Below the pieces are notes generated by a model. The model was not told the DNA's origin. It made no database searches and was given only the letters and a program-made list of their open reading frames with translations. This document shows, in pieces, positions 38,746-52,175 of a stretch of 64,000 nucleotides of DNA; the stretch's first letter is position 1, and the number at the start of each line of letters is the position of its first letter. The translations under genes and the position numbers were made by a program. The stretch is taken from contig OX597834.1 in assembly GCA_951406725.2 (NCBI GenBank), forward strand, positions 22,940,001 through 23,004,000, read 5' to 3'. The stretch comes from Octopus vulgaris. Taxonomy: Eukaryota.

Positions 38746-39579
38746 GCTCTGTCTGCACCAATTGATAAGTGAGAAATAATTAGTGAAATGATTGAATATT
38801 TCATTACACATCAGGTACCTTCATACCACACCAAATATCTGTCCCCTCTTTGCTTTGGTGATTCCTCAGTTTCATGCCACATGCCACTGCAAATGATGTA
38901 TCGATAGTTCAATGGCTTCTTGTAGGATGCAAAAATTTGCAAAATATAACATCTGATATGGTTTACTGTGCAGCTTGATAGCAAAAGCTACTCTGTTGAA
39001 CAACAGCAACCACTGGATGAAGGAGCAAGGAACTCTGTCAAAGGCTCTCTCCATATTGAAAAGAACTAAGCACAGCAGTTAATTTTTGGCTAAATGCTTC
39101 TCCTGAAATTGCCTTACTAAACTGCATCTAATTTATGCTAGCTCTCTTCCTTATTCGTTGAGTTATGACCTTTCTCAGATGAAATACCAATATACACAGT
39201 TGTAGAAGTAATCTCAAAAATAATAATGATAATTCTTTTTAATCTTGGCACAAAGCCAGCAAGTTAAGGGGAAGGGGTGAATCATTTATATCAACCCCAT
39301 TGCTCAACTGATACTTATATTATCAACCCCCTAAAGGATGATAGAAACAAGCAACTAATGTGTCAGACTTAATCTCATTTGAGATTATTTAATTATTGAG
39401 GTTTGAATATCTCATGTTTAAAGTTAATATTACCATGAGGTGGCATTTGCTAATTCTGGCTATTGTATGTTGCCAGTAACTGGTGGTCTGGATATGGAGG
39501 TGGACATGAACACCAATATCATTATTCATATGTGGGAATCCAGAATCAACAGTATCTGTTTTAGATATAAAACCTCATA

Positions 39580-39639
39580 TTCACTATTTTTGATAAATGT
39601 CTCAACAGCAAATGCACAATATTCACTGGTCCAAACCAT
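39580..39639 (-). mobile_element. Tc1/mariner-type transposase N-terminal remnant
   Basis: Minus strand translates MVWTSEYCAFAVETFIKNSE, resembling the DUF4817-type HTH start (MxWxxEHRAFxVExxxKNxES) as recalled. Confidence 0.5.
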
Positions 39640-40769
39640 GATGGTGACTAAAAAAAAATCATTAGCTATAGAATACACTATCACCATCTATGTAATTTCA
39701 TTAGCACCACACCAATGGCTGGGCAAAATAATGGGAGATTTTTCTGCTGTACTCTGTATATTCTGGGATATGACTAGTAACCAGGATTCATATCTCTTAA
39801 TTTAATCTTTTTCAATAAAGGTTTACAGTCATTAACAGTTGCAGACTAGCTAAAACAATATAAGCAAATCATTTTGTGAAAACCAATGTACAGTTAACAA
39901 AACTTAATATTTACATTTCTGATCTTAAAACCAAAATAAAATACTTTTGGCTTTCCCAACAATAAATATATTTGGACATCAAATGAAAGTTTTATGATCA
40001 ATAAATAGAAGGATTTCTTTTTTCATTTGATTGAAATTAATAAAAAAAAATAAATTTCATAAATTTTTTCAATGATTGCCTTGGTAAAAAATGTAATAAT
40101 GAAAAAATGTCCACTTTTCTATGTTTGCATGTGCCATATGGAGTTTATTGAGGCAGATTATCTATGGCAGGATGCTCTTGTTTCTAAGTGAAGTAATATT
40201 TTTCCTTGGCTAAATAATGCCTTTGCACAATATTGGAAATGAGCAGCACTGCTTGTATGACAATGATGCTCTTTTACAACTATGAACTTTTACAAGATAT
40301 GAACTCCTTGAATAAGACAAGGAGATATGAACTCACACCTATGTAGACATATACATATATAATCATCTGGACGTCATACTTAATGTAGATACAGTGCAAA
40401 TTTACATCAAAACCCTTCTCTTGATGTACATAAACATACACACAAACACAACTGCTCCATCTTCAGATAATTGCCATCTCCTTGTGCTTCCTTGTTGGCA
40501 TTTCTAACTTTCTATCCATGACCTGTCAGATGACAGTTGTAACTTACTATGTGTTTCCCACTGGATAGGTGTGCATACATTGCTTTCTTCTATTGCTTTA
40601 GGATTTCAGTAGATGGGATGAGAAATGAGGTTACCATGAAGAAACATTTAGACATCATTGGAATATACTAATAAATGCTTCTACAACACATGAGTTTCTG
40701 TGATTAATACCTAGTGACAGACAGGTAATCTCACAAGTTGCTTGATTTCTCCCAGGTTCATGAGAGTAC

Positions 40770-42050
40770 AGGTGGTTGACCAATCCAGCTCTTGACAGAA
40801 GAAATCATCCACACTCATTTCAGCTGAATTTCTGCTGGCACTGCACTGAAATATTCACTGCTTCAGAGCAGTATAATCCACTCACTCTTGCTCATAGACA
40901 TTATATCTATTCCTGACAAACCTCCATGATGCAGTTTTCAACCAATGCCTCCCACTTATCCACATCCATCTCCAAAGCTTTCAAATTGCCTTTTATTATA
41001 TACTTAAACCAGTTCCTTGGTTTATGCTGAGACCTCTTTCCTCTGATCAGCTCCCTATAAAAATTTTGTTTAAGCATCTTTCTATCCTCCATTCTGACAA
41101 CATAGCTAGCCCAGCACATTTGATCCAAAATTATTCTTTTCTCAATACTGCTGCTGCCCATCCTCTCAAGTATAACAGTATTAAATGTGTAAGAGAACCA
41201 CTTGGTGTGTACAGGATGCATCAGTTGCAAAACTGGTGAAACCTCTCCAGCTGCTTGATATGATGCATATAGGCTGTCCATATTTTGCACACTTATGCTA
41301 ATATTGGATCCAAAAGTAGTGCACGTAGAGAAAATCCCCACTTTCATCTACATAACAAGCCACAAGATATATATCATCAGCATAAAGCTCTCTGATAAGA
41401 GTGCTGAACGTTTTTGACTTGGTGTTGCATTGCAGTCCTGGAAAGCATGCAGCAGTATCATGGTAAAGTATATGGGGAACAGTATCGGCGCTAGTATTCA
41501 CCCTATTTGACACCATTTTTGGTTCTGAAAGTGTGCCATTAAATTTCACTCTTGCCTTCATATGATGAGGCTCCTTAATTATCTTGACAAATTCAGGAGG
41601 GCATCTAAGCTTCTACAATATGTCTCACAATACACTAGGGTTAACAGCATTGAAAGCTTTGGTAAGATCCACATATATTCGATTGAGTGGCAATCATTAT
41701 TCAGTGCATTCTTCCATAAGCTGGCAGGTTGAAAAAATCATGGAATCTACATTGGGTGTCAGGGATGACAAAAGGACAGAAACATGTCAGAGGATTCACC
41801 AGACCTTAGACATAACTCTTCCCATTGATTCAAGCAGGCTTATACCACTATAGTTACCACATTCAGACTTGGTGCCCTTGCCTTTGTACAAAAAAGGCAC
41901 AATAAGGAAAGTTTTTGGACCACAGCCCTCAAAAATAACTCGAAAGGAACTTAGCTATCTCGTCTCCATGAGGCCTGTTCGAAAGGTACTCAGCCACTTT
42001 GCCTCTGTGAGGCCCAACATTCAAAGGTTGACTTTTTTCTTTATGCGTCA
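40770..42050 (-). mobile_element. Decayed RTE/BovB-like LINE (family B)
   Basis: IRELYADD, CWASYVVRMEDRKMLKQNFY and a C-terminal SRAGLVNHLYSH zinc-finger remnant. Confidence 0.85.
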
Positions 42051-42059
42051 CCAGCATGG

Positions 42060-42912
42060 ATGCACTTCGCTTGATGGGTCTTAAGTAGAGCACATTGCCA
42101 AAGGCCTCAGTCACTAGTCATTGCCTCTGTGAGGTTCAAAGGTCATGATGCTTCACTGCTTCATTTAATGTCTACCTCTACCACAGGTCCCTTCCACAGT
42201 TAAAGATTGGCCCTTCTTTACACAGCTGTCCTTATCCATATGCATCACATAACCATACCAGTGGAGTCTCTCTTGCACACTGCATCTGATTCCTCTTATA
42301 CCTAACTTTTCTCTCAAGATGTTTACACTCTGTTGAACATGCACATCCAGCAAGGCACACTGGCTTTATTTCTCTCAAGCCTATGCATGTCCTCGGCTGT
42401 TACAGCCCATGTTTCACTGCTATGCAGCATAGCTGTTCACGCACAGGCATCAAACAATCTGCCTTTGACTCTGAAAGGCCCTTTGTTGCCAGCAGGGGAA
42501 GGAACTCTAATCTTATACTTATGGCTACACTCTCGGAACAACCACCTTCACCACTAACCTAGTCACTTACATACCAGAAGCTAACTACTACCTCTAGCTT
42601 GCCCCCCTGGTAGTTGATGGAGTCTATTTTCCGCACTTGATCAGCATTTATTATGCCTGTGCACATTCCATTATAGAAGTTAGTTTTTCTGTTAATCTTC
42701 CTTTGATGTTGCTGCATCTTTTGTGTGTCCAAAGCTTACACTGGGTACATCTTATGGAGTTTCTACCAACACCTTTTCTACAGATTGAGGTGAGCTATCT
42801 ACCTGAGGGAATTTGTGATTTATCTACCTTCCTACTTACTATGACTTTGGTTTTTGCTAGGTTAACTCTAAGGCCCTTTGATTCTAGACCTTGTTTCCAT
42901 ATCTGGAACTTC
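42060..42912 (-). mobile_element. RTE family A LINE fragment
   Basis: FQIWKQGLESKGLRVNLAKTKV, the Cys insert, and QERLHWYGYVMHM. Confidence 0.9.
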
Positions 42913-43290
42913 ATATATATATATGTGTGTGTGTGTGTATATGGGATGGAATGTGTTTTAAAATCTTCACAAAGTTGCAAGCTGTCAGGAAGAGAGGGAT
43001 TTAACGAAATTGGAAATTTCTAAAAAAATTTTTTCAAACTTGCAGTCTTTGAGTTTATGTACACGTCTGCTTTGACTATCAGTCAGTAATTCCCACAGAC
43101 ATGCAAATATATGTAGATAAAAGCAAAAATTGCCTTTAAATTTGTAATTTAAAAAAAAATTTAATAATCAAAAATTTAAAAAAGATTGTGGTAGTGGAAA
43201 TTAGACTTAAATTTCGAAATAATTTTTTAAAAAATAAAGATTTTTTCGTTGTTAATAAAGAATCGTCTGCTAATTGCTTAGCATGTATCT

Positions 43291-43308
43291 ACGCATGCGC
43301 AAGTGACG
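43291..43308. promoter_or_regulatory. NRF1-like site plus CRE-like half site, not linked to a ZF cassette
   Basis: acgcatgcgcaagtgacgt in a locally CpG-retaining region. Confidence 0.45.
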
Positions 43309-44962
43309 TTTTTAAAAGTTTTCAAGTTGAAAGAAGCGAGAAGACGAGGGGGGTGGGTTATTTCAGAATCGTAATGTCTTATATTATAAAATATGGACCT
43401 TACGGAGTAGCTGTCCAACATAAGCCGGATTTTCGAAATAGGTGTCCCACAATTTTCTTCGTTTTAGTCGGGATTTTTTCAATTGTTTCTTTACCGCACA
43501 TTTCAAAAAAAGAACAGGGAGAAGCTCTTGAAAAAATTAAAATCCTTGTTTTAAAACGATTGTCTCCCCCCCCCCCTCACCATTATTGTGACACTGGAAG
43601 GGCAATCACCATTAAAATGATATTTTTCTCGGTATAGCACACACAAATGTACCTTCTCCCACTAGACTTTGACTCCTCATAACTTCAAGAAAAAACTGAT
43701 ATACTTGAAATGAAACTCACTAGAAATACCTTACAGGTAATGTTGATTACGATCATGTCGGAATTTAATGTTAATAAAAAAATTAATTGGGAGGCGCGCA
43801 CACAAAGAATGAGACATGAAATGTTGATAAAAGTTATGTAACGTGTATCTATGTATGTGTGTACAGCCAACAATTTCTTTTCACCACAGTGAATTCCGTT
43901 ATAATCGTAATCTATACCTGAGAGGTATTTGCAGAAAATTTCAGTAAAAAAGATAACAATTTTTCTGAAAGTTTTGGGGAAACAAAGTTGGAGGCAGACT
44001 TGTATAATTATGACATTTTTGTTTCTTTATTTATAGTTATTTTATTGTATTCTCCTTTTTGCAACAATTGCAATTCGTATTATTTAAAGAGAATGTTCTA
44101 AACCTTCCAATCCTTTTCATCGTACTTTTCACAATCAAAATTTATTCATTGTTTTAGTTTGTTCTTTTTTCATACTTTTGCCACTCTATAAAACCATTCT
44201 TCGATACAATATAAAAATTAAAAGGAAAAAATAACAAGAATGCATTAGTACTTACCTGGTTTGAGTATCAGGCATAATTTCCAACAAATTTAATCCTGTT
44301 TTTCATCACACAACACAACACAAAGAGAAACATAAACTGTTTTACTCAGAACAAACTGTTGTTATCGTAGAGAGAGGCGAAAATGAGATATTTTTCGTCC
44401 CATTACACTTTTCTTCGATTAACAGAAATATTCTTTTCAACATTTGAAACGACTGACATTAATGTTTTACCAATACTTCTTTCAAAATTCTAAACTTCTT
44501 TTTCACCCATCCATTCGTGGAGAATGTTTCATTTTAATCGTAAAAAGCTACGACAAAAGAGTTATTTATAATAACTGCTGCAGTACGTTGGTAAAGTTTT
44601 AACAAATCTTAATACGGTCATTTGAAAAAATTGCGGCTTTCTTCAACAAAAAACAATAACAACATATAACAAAAACATCTTTAAATGATTATTCCGGAGC
44701 ATATTCACCATGAACTTCAATTACTGCTTCCTATTTGCTTGTCAGACGGTCATTTAAAAATGCTTCTGTTAAATATTGTTACTGTTTTTGTTGAATAAAA
44801 TTTGTTGAAAAAAGCCGCAATAATTATACACTAACCAAATTAAAAACCATGACAACAACTTACCTTAAACCTTCTCTTGTTTGCTAACATCGTGTTTTTG
44901 TAATCCATGTTTCATTAACAACTTTAAGCGTTGACTGAGCAGACGACAATGAATTCACTAAG

Positions 44963-44972
44963 GCGCATGCGT
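44963..44972. promoter_or_regulatory. NRF1-like site upstream of candidate minus-strand exons
   Basis: gcgcatgcgt, ~100 nt from a consensus minus-strand donor AAG|GTAAGT at 44863. Confidence 0.45.
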
Positions 44973-45185
44973 TAAGTGAAGGGCAATATAAAGTAACAAA
45001 AAAAACTACAAATAACGTCGTGCAACCACCACCACCAGTTCTACCTTCTTTAATGAAAATCCCAACTGACACCACCACCACCTCCTTCAACCAATATCCC
45101 TATAACCGCAACCGCCGCCACCACCACCTCCATTAACTCGTACCCATAGCACTACCACCATTATCATCATCATCAATATACCTAT

Positions 45186-45400
45186 TTCTTTATTACCCAC
45201 AAGGGGCTAAACATAGAGGGGACAGACATAGGTATTAAGTCGATTACATCGACCCCAGTGCGTAACTGGTACTTAATTTATCGACCCCGAAAGGATGAAA
45301 GGCAAAGACGACCTCGGCGGAATTTGAACTCACAACGTAACGGCAGACGAAATACTGCTAAGCATTTCGTCCGGCGTGCTAACGTTTCTGCCAGTTCGCC
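45186..45400 (-). mobile_element. Young tRNA-derived SINE with ~9-bp TSD
   Basis: Minus strand has A-box-like tggcagaaacg and B-box gagttcaaattcc. Flanked by tatacctat (45177-45185, 45404-45412). Confidence 0.9.
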
Positions 45401-45804
45401 CATTATACCTATCAGTAACATACTTCAATGGCGCGCTATTTTTTCTCCTTCTCACTTTGTTTCGTTTTCATTTTGTTTGTTTAACAAAGAAAACCAGTGT
45501 ATTTCGGGGGAATATGACCGAGCGGACGGTAAAAGGCCTAACTGTATAATAGTTTTCCCTTCCCATGGTGGTAGGCCTCTCATCTGGGATGTCACATGCT
45601 ATGAATCTATCTATCTATCAATCATCTTGTCTACTTTTCTTTCTGTCGATGTATCTTTCAAGATTGACATGGACAGGCATTTAAGACCTAATCAAATATA
45701 AGATAGAACCCTGTAAAAGGCGGTGCCCTTGCATGATCACAACCGTTGGAATAGAGTAACATGCATAGCTATTTGCTAACTAAAGTTATTTCACTTGAAT
45801 TTTA

Positions 45805-45806
<2 letters not shown>

Positions 45807-45875
<69 letters not shown>
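45807..45875. repeat. Compound (CT)n(AT)n microsatellite
   Basis: Directly visible. Confidence 0.95.
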
Positions 45876-45878
<3 letters not shown>

Positions 45879-45957
45879 CCGTCCATGTTTCTACCATCCG
45901 ACGTTGTAGATACGACTCCACACCCCTGGAGTAAAACATATATGCACCCTCTCTCTC

Positions 45958-46281
45958 TGGGGTTAAAAAAAAGGGCAAATAGAGAGAGAGATGGTAAAAA
46001 GGATTGGTGCTGTGGATAGGTGTAGACTGAGGAAAGGGGACTTTGGGTGGCTGGAAGATCTTTGTAACATCAACTTTTTCACCTATACTGCAGAGTTTAG
46101 CAAATGAAGACCATAACTAAACCCTTTATTATGGTCTTCATTTGCTAAACTCTAGGTGAAAAAGTTGATGTTACAAAGATCTTCCAGCCACCCAAAGTCC
46201 CTTTCCTCAGTCTACACCTATCCACAGCACCAATCCTTTTTACCATCTCTCTCTCCATTTGCCCTTTTTTTTTTAACCCCA
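45958..46281. repeat. Near-perfect ~150-bp-arm inverted repeat (hairpin)
   Basis: Left arm 45958-46116, right arm 46129-46281, 12-nt spacer, one 7-nt bulge. Confidence 0.95.
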
Positions 46282-47508
46282 CCATCACTGCAATAAACAC
46301 GTTCTTTCTTTTCTTTTGCCTACTCTTTCAACTAAACAACTTTCCTCTGCTCTCGCACTTTTGGTCTCTCCTTTCAACTATAAGACTTCCCTTGCACTAA
46401 ACACGTTCTCCTTCTCTCTCTCTTTCTGTCTCTCTGTTATATGCGTGCCCTGTCACAATTTTTTCCCTCCATATTAAATTACGATATAATCGTAATCTAT
46501 ACCATCTGAAAGGTATTTGAAGAAAATTTCCTTAAAAATTACCTATTTTCCTGTGAAAGTTATGAGGAAAGAACGTGTCGGCCGTGTGAATTATCCTGTT
46601 CCTCTACACACTCACGAAAAAATATTTTTCACAGTAAATTCAATGTCATTGGGACTGACACCATATGGAAGTTATTTGTAGAAAATTTCTATGATAAATA
46701 TCTATTTTTCTGTAAGTTACAAGAAAACAAAATCGGGAGTCGGGTACATTTGTGTGGTTATAGCAAATAATTTTATTACATAATACAATAAGATTTTATT
46801 TTATTGTAATACAGTAGTAGAATCATGAGCACGCCTGACAAAAAAAAAAAAAAACTTAGTGGTATTTCTTCCTGCTTTATGTTCTGTATTCAAACGCAGT
46901 CTTAGTTAGCTTTGCCTTTTAGGACGACAAAACAAGTACCCCTTAAATTCCTGGTCTAGAGCCAAAATTTGAAACCATTTTCATACAATAGCTTAAAATT
47001 AATTCCAGTCTTTCAAGGCTTACCACATCTTTAATTCGATTTATTAATAAAAAAAGTTATAATTTTTGTAATCGACATGAAAAAACTAAGTTAAAAAAAA
47101 AAAAAAAGACCGTATCTCAAGTGTGAAACCGAAACTTTCTAGGAAAACAACAAAAGAATTTTGAAGAGGCAGTTCCACTGGTAAAAGGTTGTCTTTTGAG
47201 GGGATGCAAAATGACTTTGGTTTTTGAAAACGGAAATCCAAAGGGATTTTTGGAGACAAAAACAAAGATGGGGTCAGTTCTGTATTCACATTGCAGCATC
47301 ATATTTGGGTGAGTAACTTAACTGGACATTAAGTTTAAGGCTTTTTTGGTTCCTTCGTTGGAGGCCATTCTGTTGCAAGGATTCGGACCTCGATCCTGAT
47401 TTCAAGATACTGTCCTCCCTCTCCCTTACTTGTCTCAGAAGCCCTGTCCTCACGCCCCCTCTACATCTTATGTATGTATGCATGCATTTTTCAGATGACA
47501 TAATTTCC

Positions 47509-47552
47509 TGCGCATGCTCAACCGGATATGGCTTTTATACTGCCATTGACAA
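47509..47552 (+). promoter_or_regulatory. ZF6 promoter box (NRF1-like + CCGGAT + GCCAT)
   Basis: tgcgcatgctcaaccggatatgg...tgccattgac. Confidence 0.7.
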
Positions 47553-47897
47553 ACAAACTAAGATTTTAAAATCTTGCTCACCAAAATTTTATTTAGCTTG
47601 AAAAAAAATAGTTATATTTACCTACTATATATACATACATATATATATGTGTGTGTGTGTGTGTATACATGTAGCAGTAAAGAATTTTCCAACGATCAAC
47701 ACACATAACGAAACTGACTTCTTAATACATGTCATTTTTATGAGGTATTTTTTCTTCATGCAATCATCTTTTCTTCTATCAATATAACTGGTGATCTTTG
47801 TATTTAACTTGTCACTTGCATCATATTTTTATTGTGTCGTCCCTTCTGCAGGGTCCACTTTGTTTATAATTGGGTGATATTTTTAATACAATTAATA

Positions 47898-48127
47898 ATT
47901 TCTTTACTACCCACAAGGGGATAAACACAGAGAGGACAAACAAGGACAGACAAAGGGATTAAGTCGATTACATCGACCCCAGCGCGTAACTGGTACTTAA
48001 TTTATCGACCCCGAAAGGATGAAAGGCAAAGTCAACCTCGGCGGAATTTGAACTCAGAACGTAGCGGCAGACGAAATACGGCTACGCATTTCACCCGGCG
48101 TGCTAACGTTTCTGCCAGCTCGCCGCC
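47898..48127 (-). mobile_element. Full-length young tRNA-derived SINE with 17-bp TSD
   Basis: Minus strand starts ggcggcgagctggcagaaacg, with a B box and the central gcctttcatcctttcggggtcgataaa domain. TSD ttttaataca(a/g)ttaata. Absent from the paralogous ZF7 intron. Confidence 0.92.
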
Positions 48128-48559
48128 TTTTAATACAGTTAATATTTGTTTGGTATTGTTGTTACTGTAGATTATTCCAATGTAAGTTTTAAAAAAATAA
48201 TATTGAATATTTTATATTATTTACTCCAACACCACTTATGAAGTTTCTATGCCGGTTTTCAACCTTTATGCATTTACAGACCAGTTAGAATATTAGTAAG
48301 TGGACAGTGGGCTACAAACTTGCTGAAATATGACAATTACCTATTCAGATGTATATTTTGGATTAGCGGAGGATGTTATTTATTTTAATGTGCAATGTCT
48401 CTAATCTTTTAATGAAAAACACATACGATTATAAATTCCATGACCATATATTTATTGGCTCTCACTGTAATTACGTTTTGTGACAAGTTACACACCATGT
48501 ATTTAAGTCTACTTAAATCAGGTGCCTTTGATATTATGTGCTCACTCAGAACTAACATT

Positions 48560-49320
48560 TTGTTAGTTCGCCCGTCTGATCGACGAGTACCATCTACCCA
48601 TAGAGGGTTTGGAGTTGGGTTTTGAGGGCGCTTTGGTGACTGATCAGGCCAAGACACATCCAGAAGGTTGTCTGGCAGTATGGACAGAGAATTATGGTGG
48701 TAGTTTGATTTTCTTGGCATACATATGTTGCTCAGCTGCAGCAATCTTTTTGGCTTCTCAGGTCTGTATGATCTTGACAACAGCTGCTCGCCATTCGCAT
48801 CAGTTAACTCGAAATCTTTACACTAAACTTTCCATCACTATTAATGGTCAACGACTGAATACGGTGGGTAAGTTCACATACATTGCGAGCACACTGTCCA
48901 GCGATGTCATTCATTACAAGATAAATGCCAGATTCTAAAGCGAGACTAAATAGAAACTTGTGGAACAGGAGAGCATCACCCCGGAAACAGAAAAAAGATA
49001 AAGATGTAGTGGATCATAGTTGTCACATCTATACTCTGGCTGTGAAACGTTGACAGTTTAGCAACATTATGTTGAGAAAATTGAACCACCTTCGCAACAG
49101 CTTCCTCAAAAAACTTCCTTGCATAAAGTGGCAAAACAAAATCACAGAGGTTGAGATATTCACCTGTTCTAGACTACCCAGCATCTGCATTATCCATATG
49201 CAGTCGCAGCTTCTCTGGGCATGTCATGTACCTTGCTTACCAAACCATTGGCTTCCACAGAAACAATTATATAGCAAACTCCAACAAAATAAACACTTCC
49301 AGGGAAGCCAGAAAAGAAAT
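48560..49320. mobile_element. RTE/BovB-like LINE with internal inversion
   Basis: 48560-48810 is the 3' end on the minus strand (CPYCQTTF..GLISH). 48820-49320 is the upstream RT region on the plus strand (SITINGQRLNTVGKFTY..QLLWACHV..GSQKR). Confidence 0.8.
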
Positions 49321-49778
49321 AGTGGGGCTAAACTAGGAATGACAAATGACTTTACTGGATAGAGAGCTGAATGTTATCTTCAACTATTCTTTAGTTTAAC
49401 ATAGATAATGTTAGACAATGTAAAGATGTAGCCGTAGTCTGTGATATATGTGCAGATCAAGTAGGTTTTGTGTAGTGATTATGATTTAAGGTAGCAGATT
49501 AAAAAGTGAAGCTGTTGAGCTAAATAGCTATATTTGCCATTCATCACTGTTTTTTACTGTTGAATCTCTGTTTTAAGTATCACCTATATGTCTTATTGTT
49601 TCTCTATTATTTCAGAAATATCAGATGACATTGGCACGAAAGAATATTTTACTTGAGATTCATCGTCAGTATTTATCATCTTTTAAAGAGTGAAGGAAGA
49701 TTAATTCAATACAACAAAGATCACAGCTGATGGAAATATAGAAGTAGACAATAAGAGTTAAAAGTGAGAAGAAGAATT

Positions 49779-52175
49779 ATGGAATATGAATTACATGAGA
49801 CACCAATTGTGATTAAAAGTGAATTATGTGAGACACCAATTCATATAAAAACAGAATCTGAAGACATTGATTTTCCTAATGATATGCTGCAAGTCAAGGG
49901 AGAGATATCTACACATAGTGATACCATAGGTATATCACTGTCTGAAACAAGTCCCATAACTGCTCAGAGTAGTACCCATACAGGAGACAAGCCACATCAT
50001 TGTGATATCTGTGGCAAAGCAATCTCTAACAAAAATGCCCTGACTATACACAAACGGATACATACTGGCGAAAAGCCATATCATTGTGATGTCTGTGGCA
50101 AATCATTCTCTGCAAGAGGTGACTTAACTAGACATAGAATCATTCACACAGGAGAGAAGCCATATCACTGTGAAGTCTGTGGGAAATCCTTCTCTCAAAG
50201 AATTCATTTGACTTTTCACCAAAGCATACATACAGGGATAAAACCATATTGTTGTGATTACTGTGGTAAATCTTTCTCTCGGAAAGATGATTTATCTAAA
50301 CACAAACGGATTCATACTGGAGAAAAACCATTTCATTGTGACATCTGTGGTAAATCCTCTTCTACAAGTAGTGACTTAAATATGCACAAACGCATTCATA
50401 CAGGTGAGAAGCCATATCACTGTGATATCTGTGGTAAGTCATTCTCTGGAAGTAGTGATTTAACTAGACACAAGCATATTCATACAAAAGAAAAACAACA
50501 TCTATGTGATATCTGTGGTAAATCATTCTCTGGAAGTACTGAGTTAGCTGAACATAAACATATTCATACAGGAGAGAAACCATATCACTGTGATCTCTGT
50601 GATAAATCATTCACTCAGAAAGGTAACTTAATTAGACATAAATGCATTCCTACAGGTGAAAAATCTCATCATTGTGACATCTGTGGTAAATCATTTTCTC
50701 GAAGTAGTAATTTAACTATTCATGTACGTATTCATACAGGCGAGAAACCATATCAGTGTGATATCTGTGGCAAATCATTCTCTAATAGGAATTCCTTAAC
50801 TATCCACGGACGCATTCATACAGGTGAGAAGCCATATCACTGTGATACCTGTGATAAATCATTCTCTGCAAAAAGACACTTGAATAAACACAAAATCATT
50901 CATACAGATGAGAAGAGATATCACTGTGATATTTGTGATAAGTCATTTTCTGCAAGTAGCGAGCTTTCTAGACACAAACATATTCATAAAGTAGAGAAGT
51001 CGTTTCCTTGTGAAGTCTGTGGTAAATCGTTTTCTAGAAATAGTGAGTTAACTAGGCACAAACGTATTCATACAGGAGAGAAACTATATAAGTGTGAGAG
51101 CTGTGGTAAATCATTTAGTCAGAGAGGTCCCTTAATTCGACATAAATGCATTCATACAAGTAAGAGGTCATATGATTGTGATATCTGTGGAAAATCATTT
51201 TCTAAAAGTAGTATCTTAACTACTCATATACGCTCTCATACGGGAGAGAAGCCATATCACTGTGATATATGTGGTAAATCATTCTCTCGAAGTGGTCACT
51301 TGAATATACACAAATATATTCATACAGGAGGACAGCCATATCACTGTGACATCTGTGGTAAATCAATGTCTTCGATTAGTAAATTAACAGTACACAAACG
51401 CTTTCATACTGGGGAGAAGCCATTTCAGTGTGATGTCTGTGGTAAATCATTCTCTATTAGTAGTCACTTAACTGCTCACAAATATATTCATACAGGAGTA
51501 AAGCCATATCCCTGTAACATCTGTGGTAAATCATTTGCTGTTAGAAGTAAGTTAATTACTCACAAGCGTATTCATACAGGAGAAAAGCCATACCACTGTG
51601 ATATCTGTGGCAAAACATTGTCTGATCCAGGTAACTTAACGAGTCACAAACGTATTCATACAGGTGAGAAACCATATCTTTGTGACATTTGTGGTAAGCC
51701 ATTCTCTCACAGTGGTGATTTAACTGCTCACAAACGCATTCACACAGGTGAGAAGCCATATGACTGTGATATCTGTGGTAAATCATTTTCACGTAGAGAT
51801 GCATTAACAGTGCACATACATATTCATACAGGTGAGAAGCCGTATCACTGTGATATCTGTGGTAAATCATTCTCTCAAAGTAGTGATTTAACTAGACACA
51901 AATACATTCATACTGGAGAGAAACCATACAGTTGTGATATCTGTGGTAAATCATTCACAGTATCAAATAACTTAACTATACACAAACGCAGTCATACAGG
52001 GGAGAAGCCATATCACTGTGATTACTGTGGTAAATCATTCACTTTAACAAGGAGCTTAACTAAACATAAACGTATTCACACAGGAGAGAAGCCATTTGAC
52101 TGCGATGTGTGCGGTAAGTCATTTCCTCAGAAATGTCACTTATCTGCACATCTGTTTATTCACACAGAAAAATAA
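49779..52175 (+). CDS. C2H2 zinc-finger protein ZF6, 798 aa, 26 finger units
   Basis: Intact ORF. The track start at 49764 is GTG; the conserved aattATGG start is at 49779. Confidence 0.95.
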   Translation: MEYELHETPIVIKSELCETPIHIKTESEDIDFPNDMLQVKGEISTHSDTIGISLSETSPITAQSSTHTGDKPHHCDICGKAISNKNALTIHKRIHTGEKPYHCDVCGKSFSARGDLTRHRIIHTGEKPYHCEVCGKSFSQRIHLTFHQSIHTGIKPYCCDYCGKSFSRKDDLSKHKRIHTGEKPFHCDICGKSSSTSSDLNMHKRIHTGEKPYHCDICGKSFSGSSDLTRHKHIHTKEKQHLCDICGKSFSGSTELAEHKHIHTGEKPYHCDLCDKSFTQKGNLIRHKCIPTGEKSHHCDICGKSFSRSSNLTIHVRIHTGEKPYQCDICGKSFSNRNSLTIHGRIHTGEKPYHCDTCDKSFSAKRHLNKHKIIHTDEKRYHCDICDKSFSASSELSRHKHIHKVEKSFPCEVCGKSFSRNSELTRHKRIHTGEKLYKCESCGKSFSQRGPLIRHKCIHTSKRSYDCDICGKSFSKSSILTTHIRSHTGEKPYHCDICGKSFSRSGHLNIHKYIHTGGQPYHCDICGKSMSSISKLTVHKRFHTGEKPFQCDVCGKSFSISSHLTAHKYIHTGVKPYPCNICGKSFAVRSKLITHKRIHTGEKPYHCDICGKTLSDPGNLTSHKRIHTGEKPYLCDICGKPFSHSGDLTAHKRIHTGEKPYDCDICGKSFSRRDALTVHIHIHTGEKPYHCDICGKSFSQSSDLTRHKYIHTGEKPYSCDICGKSFTVSNNLTIHKRSHTGEKPYHCDYCGKSFTLTRSLTKHKRIHTGEKPFDCDVCGKSFPQKCHLSAHLFIHTEK

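Larger units (their letters stand above)
47745..49615 (+). other. Predicted 5'UTR intron of ZF6
   Basis: Donor tttatgag|gtattttt and acceptor ctctattatttcag|. Confidence 0.7.

Noticed and set aside
43188-43637. 149-aa ORF over the orphan promoter region
   Set aside because: GTG start, no recognisable domain, and composition consistent with a chance ORF.
45258-45701. 147-aa ORF
   Set aside because: GTG start; the first third is the antisense of a SINE and the rest has no recognisable domain.
47898-48127. tRNA gene
   Set aside because: A and B boxes belong to a multi-copy SINE with a TSD; no full cloverleaf is evident.
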